A stretch of 64,000 bases of DNA. Source: Macrostomum hystrix (lineage: Eukaryota > Animalia > Platyhelminthes). Position 1 is the first letter of the stretch; each line of letters starts with the position of its first letter. The notes beneath the pieces are model-generated. The model worked only from the letters and a program-made list of their open reading frames with translations. It was not told where the DNA came from and did not search any database. The stretch is from NCBI GenBank assembly GCA_950097015.1, contig CATNEN010000013.1:248001-312000 (forward strand). Direction: 5' to 3'. The position numbers were made by a program, and so were the translations under genes. Below are positions 63,250 through 64,000 of the stretch, one piece after another.

Positions 63250-64000
63250 TGTATCGTCGATTTCCAACTTGTATCGTCGATTTCCAACTTGTATCGTCGA
63301 TTTCCAACTTGTATCGTCGATTTCAAACTTGTATCGCCGATTTCCAACTTGTATCGTCGATTTCCAACTTGTATCGTCGATTTCCAACTTGTATCGTCGA
63401 TTTCCAACTTGTATCGTCGATTTACAAATTGTATCGTCGATTTACAATTTGTATCGTCGATTTCCAACTACTATCGTCGATTAACAACTTTTATCGTCGA
63501 CTTACAATTCGTATCGTCGATTTCGAACTACTATCGTCGATTTCCAACTTGTATCGTTGATTTACAACTTGTATCGTTGATTTACAACTTGTATCGTTGA
63601 TTTACAACTTGTATCGTTGAGTTATAACTTGTATCGTCGATTTCCATCTTGTATTGTCGATTTCCAACTTGTATCGTTGATTTACAACTTGTATCGTCGA
63701 TTTCCAACTTGTATCGCCGATTTCCAACTTATATCGTCGATTTCCAATTTGTATCGTCGATTTCCAACTTGTATCGTCGATTTACAAATTCTATCGTCGA
63801 TTTGCAACTTGTATCGTCGATTTACAAATTGTATCGTCGATTTCCAACTTGTATCGTCGATTTACAAATTCTATCGTCGATTTACAAATTCTATCATCGA
63901 TTTACAACTTGTATCGTCGATATCCAACTTGTATTGTCGATTTACAAATTTTATCGTTGATTTACAACTTGTATCGTCGATTTACAAATTCTATCGTCGA
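63250..64000. repeat. 20-bp CpG-containing array (TGTATCGTCGATTTCCAACT) running off the window end
   Basis: Read directly. Confidence 0.96.

Noticed and set aside
343-64000. Regular repeats resembling CRISPR arrays
   Set aside because: Units are contiguous, with no unique spacers and no cas genes, and the context is eukaryotic.

Overview
Eukaryotic, intron-rich genomic DNA from a metazoan. GC-rich exons, AT-rich introns and a minisatellite array in most introns suggest a repeat-rich invertebrate such as the flatworm Macrostomum; this species assignment is inference only. Seven spliced genes were reconstructed by hand from GT/AG sites and protein motifs: the 3' end of a PDE4-type cAMP phosphodiesterase (+), a DPY19-like C-mannosyltransferase (+), Tousled-like kinase (+), a calmodulin-like EF-hand protein with a long Glu/Ala N-terminus (-), SCAI (+), a BTB-BACK-Kelch protein (-) and syntaxin-1 (+). 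Region 6.5-12.9 kb is a nest of decayed transposons. A DDE/DDD transposase with a PHD finger is interrupted by a solo LTR (4-bp TSD) and an internally deleted Harbinger (TIRs, 3-bp TSD), with a second transposase N-terminal half and a CORE-SINE alongside. Also present are a Merlin-like MITE, a deleted IS630/Tc1 element, several tRNA-derived SINEs and about 20 tandem arrays. The best leads are: an inverted pair of near-identical SINEs flanking four syntaxin exons that would circularise into a stop-free 432-nt ORF; a tandem array of Pol III B-boxes; the minisatellite-per-intron architecture; and the acidic calmodulin-like protein. No prokaryotic features, CRISPR arrays or true tRNA/rRNA genes are supported.
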